A DNA stretch of 64,000 nt from Azolla caroliniana (taxonomy: Eukaryota > Plantae > Polypodiophyta). How positions within the stretch are numbered: the first letter of the stretch is position 1; every line of letters begins with the position of its first letter. Made by a program: the position numbers and the translations under genes. The DNA lies in contig JBHGNT010000012.1 in assembly GCA_043228905.1 (NCBI GenBank), positions 9,858,001 to 9,922,000 on the forward strand, read 5' to 3'. Of the stretch, positions 48,843 to 61,965 are shown in pieces. The notes beneath the pieces were generated by a model, which was not told the origin of the DNA, searched no databases, and saw nothing but the letters and a program-made list of their open reading frames with translations.

Positions 48843-49778
48843 ATGCAACACAACAACAACGACGGCAACGCAAACTCGATGAATCCGGAATTCCTACAAC
48901 ACAATCAAGGACACCAGCCCACATCGCCAATCGACCAACTGGTTCAAGCTCTGTCCAACATCATTTTACAAGTTAACCATACTAACCAAGCCATGTTGTC
49001 CTTTCTTTCAGCACGATCCGAGCCACAACAAAATCTCCCGGACTCTCGAGTTCGCCCAAAACCGTTCTCCGGCCTACCATCGGAAGACATCCTCTCTTGG
49101 CTGGATCATTTCGAAATGGTGGCCAGTTACCACCAGTGGCCACACCCTCGGAAGGCAATGGAGATGAAGACACTCCTCGAGAATATCGCGGCAACATGGC
49201 TTGTACAACAACCCGAAGAGACACGCAATGACTGGGATCTGTTACGGGCAGCCATGATTCGGAATTTTGCTCATCAAGACTCCCGCCAGACGTCCCTACA
49301 ACAACTTGAGTCAATTACCCAACAACCACGCGAACCCATCACCCAGTTCGCGGTTCGTTTTGTGCAGATCCTACGCCGGGCTGACGCCAACATGTCGGAG
49401 GACATGAAGTTGTTTTTTTTCTGGCCGCGTATACGACATGACTTCCGCCGCCGTGTACGCGATCAAGGCCCGACGACACTACACGAAGCCATCCTCACTG
49501 CCCAACGCATCGAAGCTGCAGACGCGCACGACATGCACACACCAGGTAATCTCAGTCATGATCATACAAACACTATACCAGCCGTCACTCCCATGGACAT
49601 CGACATCCAGAACGCGCAATTACGTGCCAAGCGTGCATTGCCCGAACGAGACAGCCAGGGACGCCCCAAATGTTTCTACTGCAACAACTATGGCCACATT
49701 CGGCGTCACTGCCGAAAGTGGCAGAATCACCAACAGAAGCAGAACGTCCAATTGGCTGACGCTGCCTCCCTCTCTTAG
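48843..49778 (+). CDS. Gypsy V Gag
   Basis: 311-aa ORF; PKPFSG, TPMDID, CFYCNNYGHIRRHC. Confidence 0.85.
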   Translation: MQHNNNDGNANSMNPEFLQHNQGHQPTSPIDQLVQALSNIILQVNHTNQAMLSFLSARSEPQQNLPDSRVRPKPFSGLPSEDILSWLDHFEMVASYHQWPHPRKAMEMKTLLENIAATWLVQQPEETRNDWDLLRAAMIRNFAHQDSRQTSLQQLESITQQPREPITQFAVRFVQILRRADANMSEDMKLFFFWPRIRHDFRRRVRDQGPTTLHEAILTAQRIEAADAHDMHTPGNLSHDHTNTIPAVTPMDIDIQNAQLRAKRALPERDSQGRPKCFYCNNYGHIRRHCRKWQNHQQKQNVQLADAASLS

Positions 49779-49792
49779 CTCCCGGAAAACTA

Positions 49793-52700
49793 ATGCGCGG
49801 GGTGCCGCAGGGAGAGCTACCCCCGCACGTCCACGTCTCCATGTCCTCAACTTCTCCCGTTTCTCCCACGATCGAGCCGCCCCCGCACGTCCACGCCTCC
49901 ACTTCATCAACTTCGCCCGTTTGTACCACAATCGCCCGCCTCCAGCACACGACCCAAGAAGTTCTCCTCGACTCCGGCAGCAACATCTCTTCCATCAGCG
50001 CAGATTTAGTCACCCAATTACAACTTCCCACGAGCCACGCACCGCCCATTAAAATCCTCTTCAGCGACCAACAACGGGTGTACCACTCACATACGCAAGT
50101 CAGGTGCATGCTCACCATTAGTTCCGCCCAGATCCACCATCGTTTCTACGTCCTCCCACGCCAGTTGTTCCCAATCACCTTGGGATGTGATTGGTTCCTC
50201 CATAGTCGAGCCTGTCTCGATTTCTCCGCACAACAGCTCATCCTCCCAAATCACATTCCGATCGCGCTCTTCACTACTCCGCGGGATACCACCCACATCA
50301 GCAACACACAGTACCTGATATCACCGGCGGAGCGCATCAACGACATCAGACGGCTCCTCGCCACCTTTCCCTCGTTGTCTACACCACCTGTAAAACCTCC
50401 CTCGGTCCGTTTTCCGATTCACCACACGATTCCTACAGGCAACGCCCACCCCATCAACGCAGCTCCCCGACGTCGCTCGCCTCTCGACCACGAGCGCATC
50501 GACAACGCCGTCAAAACTATGCTCCAACAAGGGATTATCACACCTTCCAAGAGCGAGTGGATCTCGGAGCCACACATGGTAAAGAAAGGGGATTGTTCTT
50601 ACCGCTTTTGTGTCGACTTCCGACAACTGAACCATGTCACCACCCATGACCGATACCCTCTCCCTCGTATCGATGACCTCCTCGACCAGCTTGGCAAATC
50701 AAAGTACTTCACCTCCCTCGATCTAGCCTCGGGATATTGGCAGATCCCGATGAATCCTCACGATGCCCACAAAACTGCATTCCGCACTAGGAAAGGCATT
50801 TTTCAATTCACACAGATGCCCTTTGGCCTATCTGATGCAGGGAGCACATTCCAGCGAATGGCTAATGCCATCTTCGATGATCTCATCACCCGCCGTGTCG
50901 TCATCGTCTATCTAGACGATATTCTGGTACATACAAGCACTTGGGCAGAACACCTTCAAGTCCTTCGGGAGGTCCTAACTTGTGTTCAACGCTATCGATT
51001 GCAACTGCAATGGAAGAAGTGCCGATGGGGTAGTACGTGCCTCCGCTTCCTTGGGTACATCATCTCCTCCGACGGAATACAAATGGACCCGAAGAAGACA
51101 GAAGCAGTCCAAAAATTCCCACGCCCCACCACAGTCAAGCAGCTTCAACGCTTCCTCAGCCTCCTCACGTTCTCTCTTCGTTTCATCCCACGGCTAGCCG
51201 ACCTGTCAGCCCCACTACGCGCGCTCCTACAAAAAGACGCACCCTTCCTGTGGACCGAAGCCTGCGAATCCAGCTTCCTGCAGCTCAAGAGAACACTCCA
51301 AGCCTCTGACCTCCTGGCCCACCCTGATTTCATGAAGCCTTTCCATCTGCAGACGGATGCCTCCAATGTCGGCCTTGGTGCGGTCCTGCTCCAATCCGAC
51401 GACAACGACCAACTCCGCCCGATTGCCTACATCAGTCGGTCACTTACCAAAGCCGAACAAAATTACTCGACAACTGAAAAAGAGTTCCTTGCCATCGTCT
51501 GGGCATTCCATCGTTTCCACCCATACCTTCACGGATCAAATACATCAGTCGAAACCGACCATCAGCCATTGCTCTCCCTCATAAAGAAGGCTCATCCACC
51601 CGGCCGCTTACTTCGTTGGGTTTTGGCGCTACAGGATTACACATTCACTCTGCGCTATCGCCATGGTCCACAAAACATCGTCGCCGATGGATTATCCCGC
51701 ATATCCTTTCAGGCGAACCAGATCACCTCCAACACAATCGATTTCCCCATATCCTCGTCCCAAATGGCCAACATGCAACAACACGACAACAAATCCAAGA
51801 TATCTGCCACCGCCTACGAGCTGAACCGACATCATCCCTCACCAAGCAATTCATGATCCAGGATAATGTCCTACTTTTTTGTCAAGTAGGCAAAGAACCC
51901 CGAGTCTACGTGCCTGAGCAACTACGCCAGTCTTACCTTCGTTTCTTCCACGATCACCCGTTGTCCGGCCACTTGGGTTTTCATAAGGTGCTCGACAAAA
52001 TTCGTCGCAAATTCTATTGGCCTGGGCTACGCCACGAGGTCGCCTCCTACATCAAAGCATGCAACTTATGTCAGGCCATCAAATCACCTCAAGTGGCTCA
52101 AGACCTCTTACATCCGATACAAGTTCAAGCTCCATTTGAAATCGTCGGATGGGACATTATGGGCCCCTTTCCCGAGTCACAAGGAGGGAACAAATTCATC
52201 CTCGTCATCACCGAGTACTTGACGCGTTGGGCTGAGACGGCCGCTATCCCAGATGCAAAGGCTATGACCATCGCCTCCAAACTATTGGAGAAAATCATCT
52301 TCCCCCACGGTTGCCCACTCCAAATCTTGTCCGATCGAGGACCCCAGTTCAACGGTGAGCTCCTACGCCTCGTTTCAACACAACTAGGAATCCAACAGTT
52401 ATTCACGTCACCCTACCATCCGCAAACGAATGGGTTGACGGAGCGCCTCAATCGAACCTTAAAACAACAAATCTCAGCCTACATCGATCCGCTGCACTCA
52501 ACCTGGGACCGAATCTTGCCCTTCGTTACGCATGCCTACAACACAACTGTGCAAGCCTCTACCCGCATTAGCCCATTTCGGGCCCTTTACGGAAGGGACC
52601 CGCGCTTACCCCCAGAAGTGGCAGTCCCGCAACCAACCACACGACTCCACGCTGACGCAGTGTCTTGGTGGTCCCACCTACAACAACTCCAGCCCCTCCT

Positions 52701-53076
52701 CCGCAAAGCCATCACGAGCAACCTGCACCAGGCACAACTACGCCAAAAAAGACAACACGATATAGGCCATGTCGACCATCAATACCACGTCGGTGACAAA
52801 GTCCTCATCTACTTCCCCATCCGTCGTCGCGGTCTCAGCGAATCGCTCATGCACCGATGGATCGGTCCCTTCGAAGTTCAAAAGCAGATACACGACACTA
52901 CATACCTGCTCCGCCACGCCTCCAACAACCGCTCTACCTTTGCTCACCAGTCTCGCATGAAGCCCTTCCATCAACTACCACCGCCCCCGCCCACACTCAT
53001 GCCTACGCCCACGCCCGTGTCATCCCCCCGTCTGGAACCGTCGTCCACGCCTCGTCGCGCTTCGACTGCACAGTAA
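49793..53076 (+). pseudogene. Gypsy V Pol (PR-RT-RNase H-IN) with one frameshift near 51790
   Basis: LLDSGS, LDLASGYWQI, VYLDDILV, QTDASNVGLG, HDHPLSGH...CNLC, YHPQTNGLTER. Confidence 0.9.
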
Positions 53077-53340
53077 CTTTTTTTTACAAGGGGGAATTGT
53101 GGTGGTCACATGGACCACACCTAGATTAGGCCCCTACCAAGCCCCATGCACCACACATAGACCACACCCAAATTAGGCCCCTACCAAGCCTCATGCACCA
53201 CACCCAAACTAGGCCCCCACCAAGCCCCATAATTAGTAGAGCTAATTGGAGCGGGAGAACACCCTCCACGCTAAGAGAGAGTCTATAAAATGTAACGTGA
53301 GACATAATGAAACGGAGGCTATTCTTGAGAGCATTTCACA

Positions 53341-54839
53341 ATACCATGGCCGATATGCTTTCGAGGGCGCGTTTCAGTGACGAGGACGACATGGTTTCGG
53401 ATAACGAGGAAGTCGGCGAAGATTTCTTCGGGTCAGCCAACATAACAACAAGAAAGGGGAGCACTCCAGAGTTTAACAAATTCGACGAGAGCAAGTACGA
53501 CGGGGAGTGGCTCCAGATCGGCAAGTTCCTGAAGACAATGACATTAGACGCAACATGGACGAAGGAAGAGGCCAACCGGATTCGGAAGAAAGCGTACCGA
53601 TTCTTTGTACGCGACGGGAGCATATGGAAGCACCCAAAGAAGAGAGACGGCATCCCACTCTGAGTGGTGGCGAAGGAAGAGGAACAGGAAGACTTGCTGA
53701 CGGCGTACCACGAGAGTCCCTGAGCCGGACACCGCGGGATGTGGGCCACATTCGAGAAGCTAAAGGGGAAGTACTGGTGGCCGAGACTATACCAGGACGT
53801 GCATCAGTTCGTGACGACTTGCGAAAGCTGTCAAGTGCATTCCATAGTCCGACATTGGGACGAGCTCCACCCGACCTACCCTTCGACCATCCACTTCAAA
53901 TGGATGGTGGATCTGGTGACGATGCCGATGGGGGTAGGGCAGATGCGGTATCTGGTGCTGGCTCGGGAGGACTTGACGAACCAGGTGGAAGGCCGAGTGT
54001 TGCAGAGCAAAACGACCGCGGCCGTGTGGCGATTTCTGATCGAAGAAGTGGTATGTCGGTACTGGTGCGTAGGGAAGATCGTGGCCGACCGCGGGGAATT
54101 GGACGCGCAAGAGGCGGAAGAGCTATTTGGACAGCTACGAATTAAACTCTCGTTCACCACAGCGTACAATCCGGAGGCCAACGGGAAGGTGGAGCATGGA
54201 CATGGGCCGATCGTCAAAGCGTTAGTACGGGCATGTGGAGGCCAAGTCGGGAACTGGCTGCGGCTCCTACCCTACGCGTTGTGGGCGGATTGAACCACGC
54301 ACAGTTCGGTAACCGGGTTCATGCCCGCAGAGCTAGGGTAGAAGCCGATCATGCCAACGGAGCAGACAATCTCCTCGTGGGCCACGGTGGATTGGAACAA
54401 CGAGATGAGCCGGGAGGAGCTATTAGCGGCACGGATTCGGCAGCTGGAACGAAGACCAGAGGACGTGGACCGAGCCGCGGAGAAGCTACGGGTGGTGAGG
54501 GTAAAGGACAAAGGACGGTTCGACCGGACTCACTGACTGAGGCCGGGAAAGATCGAGGAAGGCGACTAGGTTGTAGTGTATGACAACAGCCTCAACAACC
54601 AGCACCGGGCAACGCGGAAGTTTGCAAGAAGGTGGTTCGGGACTTATGCGGTGACAAGTGCCAACAACAATGGGACCTACCATCTCGCAGAGCTCGACGG
54701 GACAAGGATGGCGGTACTGGTAGCAGGGAAAAGGATCAAAGCCTTCAAAAAGCGGCACGAGGCTGAACCGGACCCGGGCGACCTGGATGGTGACAACGAC
54801 CGGCTCGGGAAGGATGCCGATCCGGAAGACGAAGGATAA
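53341..54839 (+). pseudogene. Gypsy Y integrase
   Basis: YWWPRLY...CESCQ, VADRGE, YNPEANGKVE, RRWFGTY. Confidence 0.88.
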
Positions 54840-55602
54840 GCGTGGGCCGGTCTTCTCCGGCAGGACTCTCATTTTGGCGCATACCGGTGGATGCGCAGTT
54901 AGGTGGGGGCGGATGTCGTGGAGAAAACCGTCCCTAGACAGAAACCGAGTATAACGTGCATAAACCGGCCCTTACACGTGGGCATAAGTTTTGTTGTATA
55001 GTCCGTAGGTAGGTACAAGTCGCCTGAGGCGAAATCCTAAGTAGCACACATTCAGTAGGGAGGGATTCGAGGCGTACCCCTGTCCGAAAGGACAGGGAAT
55101 AAACATGATGTGACGGATGGTAATGGCCTCTCTCCTTAGGCTATAAAAGAGAGGGAGAGGTATGGAAAAGATATCGCGTTTTAGCAGAGGACGAAGTGCT
55201 GCTGGACTGGGACCAAGCCCTTCTCCTCTCCTCTCCTCCGTTGCCCCTTTAATTGTTCTGTGCAGGTTTGGGAGGCTGACTCTGCTTCGCGGGACGCCCG
55301 AGTGTTACCGGTAGAGTCTCCATCTCGCGTTTTGTCTGTGTGTCTGTGTGCGTAGGCATCGATGCCCATCACTCGCCGGCATGCCAGTTGTAACACCTTC
55401 ATTCATATATATATATGCATAAACATTCGTTCTATCTCCATCTGGCGTTCTGTAGCTAATTGCAATTCCTGTGATTTTGTGGGTCTGTGCGCGTGTGAAT
55501 TACATCGTAAGAGTCCTTCCCCTCCCTTCATTCGGTTATTTCTTGGTCCGAGGCCCCGGTGGTCCCGCCTCGTTCTCCACGCACGTGCGTAACAACGCGA
55601 CA

Positions 55603-58600
55603 ACGTGTTACACGTCCCGACCATCACGAAGAATCTGTTGTCGGTCGGGCAGATTGTCAACCAGGGGATGCAGGTTCGGTTTACACACCTCATGTGCTTC
55701 ATTGAGGAAGAAGGCCGTATTATTGCGCAAGGGCGCAGAGATGGGAGGATGTTCATCCTCGACTCTACTCACGGTGGCACCGCAATGTTCGCGAAGGGAC
55801 AAAAAGTCGAGTTGGACATCGACTTATGGCACAACCGGATAGGCGACGTCAACTACCAGCGGCTTCAAGACCTGCAATCGAAACAAGTGGTGTTCGGATT
55901 GCCCAAATTTATTGGCCGGAAGGCACAAATTTGTGAAGCCTGCCAGGTTGGGAAGCAACACCGGCTTTCCTTCCCCAATGAGTGTAACCGGAGCTGGAAC
56001 AAGCTCGACGTGATACACTTCGATGTGTGGGGGCCGACACAAAATGTTAGTCTTGGCGGGAGCCGATATTTCCTCTCCTTCATCGACAACTACACGCGGC
56101 ACACGTGGATCTACCTCATTGAGAGGAAGAGTGAAGTTTTCGGCTGTTTCCGGGACCTCAAAGGGTTCGTGGAAACGGAAATAGGAAGAAAGATCAAGTG
56201 CCTACGGTCGGATGGCGGAAAAGAATACTTTTCCGGTCAATTCAATGGTTATCTACAACAGATGGGAATTCGGCGTGAATTCAGTTGTAGATACACACCG
56301 AAGCAAAACGGCGTGGCCGAGAGGAAAAATCGGTCGGTTGTGGAAGCGGCACGAGCAATGTTGGAAGAAAAGAGCTTGCCCAAGTTCTATTGGGCCGAGG
56401 CGGTACGAACCGCAGTATACATTCAGAACTGGATCGGAGACGAAGTGTCAGCGCACGAGCTATACTTCGGAACGAAGCCGAACTTGCGACACTTACGAGT
56501 TTTTGGTAGCATTGCGTATGTGCATGTGCCGAAGGAGAAACGGACGAAGCTGGACGCAAAGGCCGAGAAATGTGTCTTGGTCGGTTACTTGGACGAGCAG
56601 AAAGGTTATAAGTGTTATAAACCTCGCACCAAACAAACGTGCGTGACCCGCGACGTTGTGTTTGGCGAGTCCCCGTCTTGGTACTTGCCTCCGACTCCGG
56701 ACCTCACCTCCAATCCGAGTTTTGACGATGACGTCAGCGAGGCCGAGATGCCTCCGGATGAGCCTGAAATCGGGACCCACGAAGAGAGTCCGATTTCGTT
56801 TTGGTTAAGTGGACCAAATGGACGACTGAGTCGGTTCGACCAGTCCAATGAAGAGCCGGCGAGTAATGGAGACTCAGTCGTGCATTCCCCGCGCAGGAAG
56901 CCAGGGAGACGGCTTACGCGCAAAGAGAAAGGGAAGATTCCGGCACGGATAGGAACGAGTCAGACCGACGCGAGTCCGACACCGAGGAAAGCGGTGATGG
57001 GTCTTCAAGAGCGAAGTACGCGTCGGCCGAGAAGACCTCGACATCGGCTACTGACCGATTACGCCAATCTACCCGCTAGAAGAACCCAGTTGTGTGGTTC
57101 GGATACAACGAGTACATGGCGCATCATTATGCGTACATGACTCGTGTAGCGGAAGTGCGTGAGCTAGAGAACTACGCAGAACCGGCTAAGGAAGCGAATT
57201 GGCGCGCCGCGATGGAGGAAGAGATGCACCCATTGTCGGAAAACGAGACTTGGGACCTGGTTGACGCACCGAAGGGTGTGAAGCCGATCGGATGTAGATG
57301 AGTGTACAAGGTCAAGTACAACACCGACGGCTCGGTCAACCGATACAAGGCCCGGTTAGTAGCGAAAGGCTAGGCGCAGAAACACGGCATCAATTACGAT
57401 GAGACGTTTGCGCCGATCGCGAAGATGACGACCGTCCGTGTTTTGCTTGCGGTAGCTGCGGCAAAGGGGTGGTACTTACATCAGATGGATGTAAAGAATG
57501 TGTTCCTGCAAGATGAGCTTGAGGAACAGGTGTACATGGTACAACCCCCCGGATTTCACTCCGGAACGAACACTTCAACGGTGTGTTGATTGAAGAAGTC
57601 CCATTACGGACTGAAGCAAGCCCCGCGTGATTGGAACGCGAAGATCATGCAACAACTGCATCGGATGGGCTTTGCAACGTCCAAATCGGACTCTTCCCTG
57701 TTCATCCAGAAAGGTTGACTCGCTCCGGTTAGTATTTTACTCTATGTTGATGACTTGGTCATCACCGGCGCCGACCTAGGTGAAATCAACCGCGTGAAGC
57801 TCCAGCTTGCGGCTTCGTTCGACATGAAGGATCTGGGGGATCTTCATTACTTCCTCGGGATCGAAGTGGTCCGCACCCCCAAAGGCATACTAATCAGCCA
57901 ACGTCATTACGTGCTGAATATGAACGTCAAATTCAGGATGGCAGACTGTAAGTCCGTCTCGACTCCTCTGGATAGAACCGTCAAGCTTCGCCCCAATTCT
58001 GGAGAGGTATGCGACCTGACGAGGTTCCGACAAATTGTCGGAAGCCTGATCTACTTGACAATCACCCGACCCGATCTCAGTTGTCAGGTCGGGGTGATCA
58101 GTTAGTTTATGGCACGACCTACCGAGGAGCATCCTCAGTGTGGGCGATGCGTACTACGGTACGTAAGCGGCACTAAGGACCGGGGACTGCTATATCGGAC
58201 CGGTACAACCTCGCAGTTGGTCGGCTCCACCGATGCTGATTGGGCTGGCAACGCCGCCAATCGCCGATCGCAGAGCCACGTCCCGATACGCGTTCTCTCT
58301 TGGGAGTGCCGCGATAGCGTGGAGTAGCAAGAAGCAGGTGATAGTTGCGTTGTCGAGCACCGAAGCCGAGTATAGAGGAGCGGCTGTCACGACATGCGAA
58401 GCCATATGGTTCAAGCGGCTACTTAAGGATCTGCAGGTGGAGGTGTCCGATCCAACGACTATCTACTGCGACAACCTCAACAACATCCATCTCGCAAAGA
58501 AACCCGTTTTTCACGCCCGGACTAAGCACATTGTGGTGCACTACCATTTCGTCTGTGAGTGTGTTCTCTCCGGTGAAGTCGAACTTCAATATGTTCCGAC

Positions 58601-58958
58601 GGATCAACAGACAGCCGACATCTTCACCAAGCCTCTTGGACAGGACAAGTTGCGGCAATTTTCGGGTGTGCTTGGGTTGCGTCATCTCGACGTGCCGAAC
58701 TTGAGGGGGAGACAAGACTGCGACGAAAGGGGGAGAGAAAACCGCGACGCCAAGTTGGATGACGAACTCGATTTTGGTTCGGCTGAAGAAGCTGAGGGCG
58801 GATCCACGGAAGAGTCCAAAAGTACCAAAAGGCGAGCAACCGAAAGAAAGAGCTGGAGCCAACCAAGCATGGGGGAAATAACACCGTCAAGGGTGAGAAG
58901 ACCGAAGACGAGTTGGAGACAGCCAACTCGGACGAGAGCGAAAACTGATCGGAGGTAG
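55603..58958 (+). pseudogene. Copia D IN-RT-RNase H
   Basis: LWHNRIG, LRSDGGKEY, QNGVAERKNR, LYVDDLVI, SSTEAEY. Confidence 0.92.
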
Positions 58959-61900
58959 CCGAGTCGGTTCGGATGTTTGATTCGGATATAATGAATCAAC
59001 CGAGGGCCAAGCGGAAAAGGAGGTAGCAGGAGAAGCACCAACACCACGACAACAAGGAAGCTGTGAAGGGCCGTGGGAGCAGACAAGCCGACTGGAAGGG
59101 TCGAAGCGCACGGAGTCAAACAGGCCGAGGAGCGCGAGCGAGGTGTAGAGCCAGGAGGAACCAGAACGGTGATCCGGAAGATCCCGAAGAGCCTCAAGTC
59201 GAGCCTGAGAGGTAGTGTTGAGAGACAAGCTCAACATCGGCCGAATCGGCTGAGCAAGCCGAGGACCGGATCGGTTGGGATCGATCAGTTAGGCCGGACC
59301 GGTGCATAAAACGGATGCGTAAACCTGTACGCAAACCGGTGCGTAACGAGAGGTCGTATCAGTGCATAAACCGAAAGGCCTTTAGAGAGATATTCCTCAT
59401 AAAGGAATAATTTTGGGAGTAAGTGTCGATGCTCACTTATGAGCAGTCGTGTGCTATCAGTACTTGTGTCAGCCCGATTGTCAGGGCTTGTATAAAAGTG
59501 CTCACTGAGCACATCCTATGTACAGAACGAGTATTATTTTTTAATTAAGTTCTTGTTTTTACTCTCTCTCTCTGTCTCTCCCGTGCGTATTGTGCAAACC
59601 TAAGCTTTCCATTAAACTTGCGCTTTCTATTGTTCGGTTTCCTATATTGATTCCGCAGAACATTCTTTTCAGAGAGTTTAAAGGAGCAAGTCAAGGCCAA
59701 AGAGAAGCTTAGAATTGAGCTAAAATTGAGGCAATTGGTGATCGACGAAGAGGAGACCTCCCAACAAATTCAGACTAATGATGCGGCCAATACGAAGGCC
59801 TAGGTTCGGTACAACAGTACCATGGGAGAAGGTGTGAAACAAGCCACCGTCTCGACTTATGGAGGAACGACGGTCAAGAGAAAGGCCGAAGACTCGAGAG
59901 CGGGAAATGCTGCTTTAAGAGTGGATGAGCATTTCGGAACACATGTTGTGTCCGAAATATCGAGTAATGAAGGTGCAAGCATGAGGAAAGCTTGCGTGAT
60001 CAAGGGATGTAAAGAGTGCAAGGTCGACGTAATTGAGACGATAGCCACGAGGAATGACATTGAGTTGCAGATAGCTTTGGAAGAGTCCACGATGGATGAC
60101 CATGTCAAGACTTTCCCAACACTTGATCTAGAAACTTGTGCAGTTGCGTCCGAGAGCCAACATGAGACCCAAGAGACGGAAAGTGGTGGGGAAGCAAATA
60201 TTGAAGACAATGCAAATAACAACGTTGAGTGAAAGATGGCTATGGATGAGAAGACGGTGACTGATGGTGCCGAGGTTCTCCCCACAATTCCGCAGTTGTG
60301 CCCGAGTGCCAACGTGAGACCGGAGAGACGGAAGGTGATGGCAAGAAATCGAAGGAACAAAGCGGCGATGAGGACGATGACCACAGACGAAGGGATCCCT
60401 CCACACCGGTTCCGGAGACTTCGGCAGTTGTGTCCGAGAGCCAACATAAGACCGGAGAGATGGAAGGTGGAAGCGAGGAGATGAGGGTCGAAGCCAGCGT
60501 ATACGGAGGAACGGTGATCAACAAGGATGCCAAAAACAAAGCTACAATAGAGTTCGAGGAAGAGCCAGAGAGGGGCAAGAAAGGACCATCCGGAATACAA
60601 TCCGGATGGAAGATGACGCAGTTGGTATTCCGACCCGAACGGAAGCCGACCCGAATGAGAGTTGATCAACTGGGCCCGACCCAACCGAAAACCGGATGGA
60701 AACTGACCCGGACGAAAGTCGATCGTCTGAGTCCGATTCGGCCGAATGTGAATCGGGACGAAGGCCGACCAAGCCAGAAGCTGATTGGTTGAGTACAATC
60801 TAGACAGAAGTTGAGCCAGCCTAAATGAAGGTCGAAGCTGACGAGCCGTTCCACCCGGTCGAGGCTGGTGAGCATAAGGAAAAGCAAGCATGAGACCGGA
60901 AAGGATGATAAAGGAAAGTTAGGTGACCTAGGAGATGGCCGAGATGAAGGTGGCACATGCACGAGGCATGAAACGTTATGCTCGGGAGGAGCAAAGGGAG
61001 CCATGACAACCAGACATGGCAATAAAAAAGGTGAGCGAATGATATGGTGGATCGGATGGCAACGACAGTTTGGGTAGAAACTAGAGACATGTTCGAAGTA
61101 GACGACAAAAAGACGGTGCGGGCGGGGCGCAAGAAAGGAGGAAATCAAAGACCAACCACCTTTGACCCCACCACATCACTCTTTTCTTCTTGGCACATAC
61201 TGGAGGATGTGCAGTTTGGTGGGGGTGGATGTCGTGATGTTGCACGTCTAATGGGAGAAAAAGTAAAAAAGTGTGGTTCCACGCACATTACACAATTACT
61301 TGTAAAAATGAAAATCCATTAGAAAAAGTAAAAAAGTGTGGTTCCACGCACATTACACAAATACTTGTAAAAATGAAAATAAATCAATAATAAATAATCC
61401 TAGGGCCTAATGACATTGAGTGCATACAGAGGGATGCAAGTAAGATTTGAACCTTGCACCTCCAAAACAAGAGGCAATTAGCTTACCACTAAAGCTACTA
61501 CTGAGTGTTGTAAATTTTTTATATTTCCTTCCCATATTTAGTATTCCATAGGAAACAAACATAGAAAACCGTGTGCACAAAACCATGGTTTTAAGCCCAT
61601 GGTTTTATGCATGTCATAAGCAAAACTGTGTGCACAAAACCATGGTAGTAGCCCATGGTTTTGTGCATGTCACAAGCACGCAGAGACCTATAAAAGCCTC
61701 TGATTGGGCTTGTGTTAAGGGGGGGCTCAATAGGTGATAATCACCATTGTCATCATCATCATCAATATAAAATTCTTCTTATAATTATACTTCTATTGTT
61801 CATCTTCTTTCATCTTTGATACTTCTTATTGTACTTCTTATAATCATCAAACTTTTGATCTTGTCAAGGGTAACATTGTTTCTCGATAACTTGGTAAACG

Positions 61901-61965
61901 TCCTCCCTGGTCAGAGACCCCAGTGGTTCCATTCGAGCGACACATGCACGCGCATCTTCTCAACA

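Larger units (their letters stand above)
48540..53340 (+). mobile_element. Ty3/gypsy element V (short LTRs, tRNA-Ala-like PBS), nested in Y RNase H
   Basis: 243-bp LTRs at 48540-48782 and 53098-53340 (one mismatch seen); PBS TGGTGGAGAAGACGGGC; PPT AAGGGGGAA; 4-bp TSD ATAC/ATAC. Confidence 0.95.
32720..55602 (+). mobile_element. Ty3/gypsy element Y (tRNA-Trp PBS, non-chromovirus), nested in D
   Basis: LTRs 32720-33398 and 54914-55602; PBS TGGTGAACCCGATGTGAA 33403-33420; 4-bp TSD ACGT/ACGT. Coding pieces 33443-35423, 41156-42095, 47681-48539 and 53341-54839. Confidence 0.93.
30992..59671 (+). mobile_element. Ty1/copia element D, nested in X
   Basis: 456-bp LTRs at 30992-31447 and 59216-59671; iMet PBS 31448-31459; TSD GAGAG/GAGAG. 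Confidence 0.95.
30606..61965 (+). mobile_element. Gypsy X, non-autonomous relative of the Trp family, nested in B RT
   Basis: 5' LTR stub 30606-~30660 matches the start of the 3' LTR 61230-61965. Gag remnant (SKVLMFVKPVD) 30660-30991 continues at 59672; no pol seen; family PPT; TSD GCGT/ACGT. Host RT rejoins as ...WLR|KMG. Confidence 0.8.

Noticed and set aside
59822-61148. Long ORFs (e.g. 344 aa at 59857..60891 minus) as a host or env-like gene
   Set aside because: They lie in the repetitive internal region of non-autonomous gypsy X, with no recognisable domain; the + strand continues a decayed gag-like frame.
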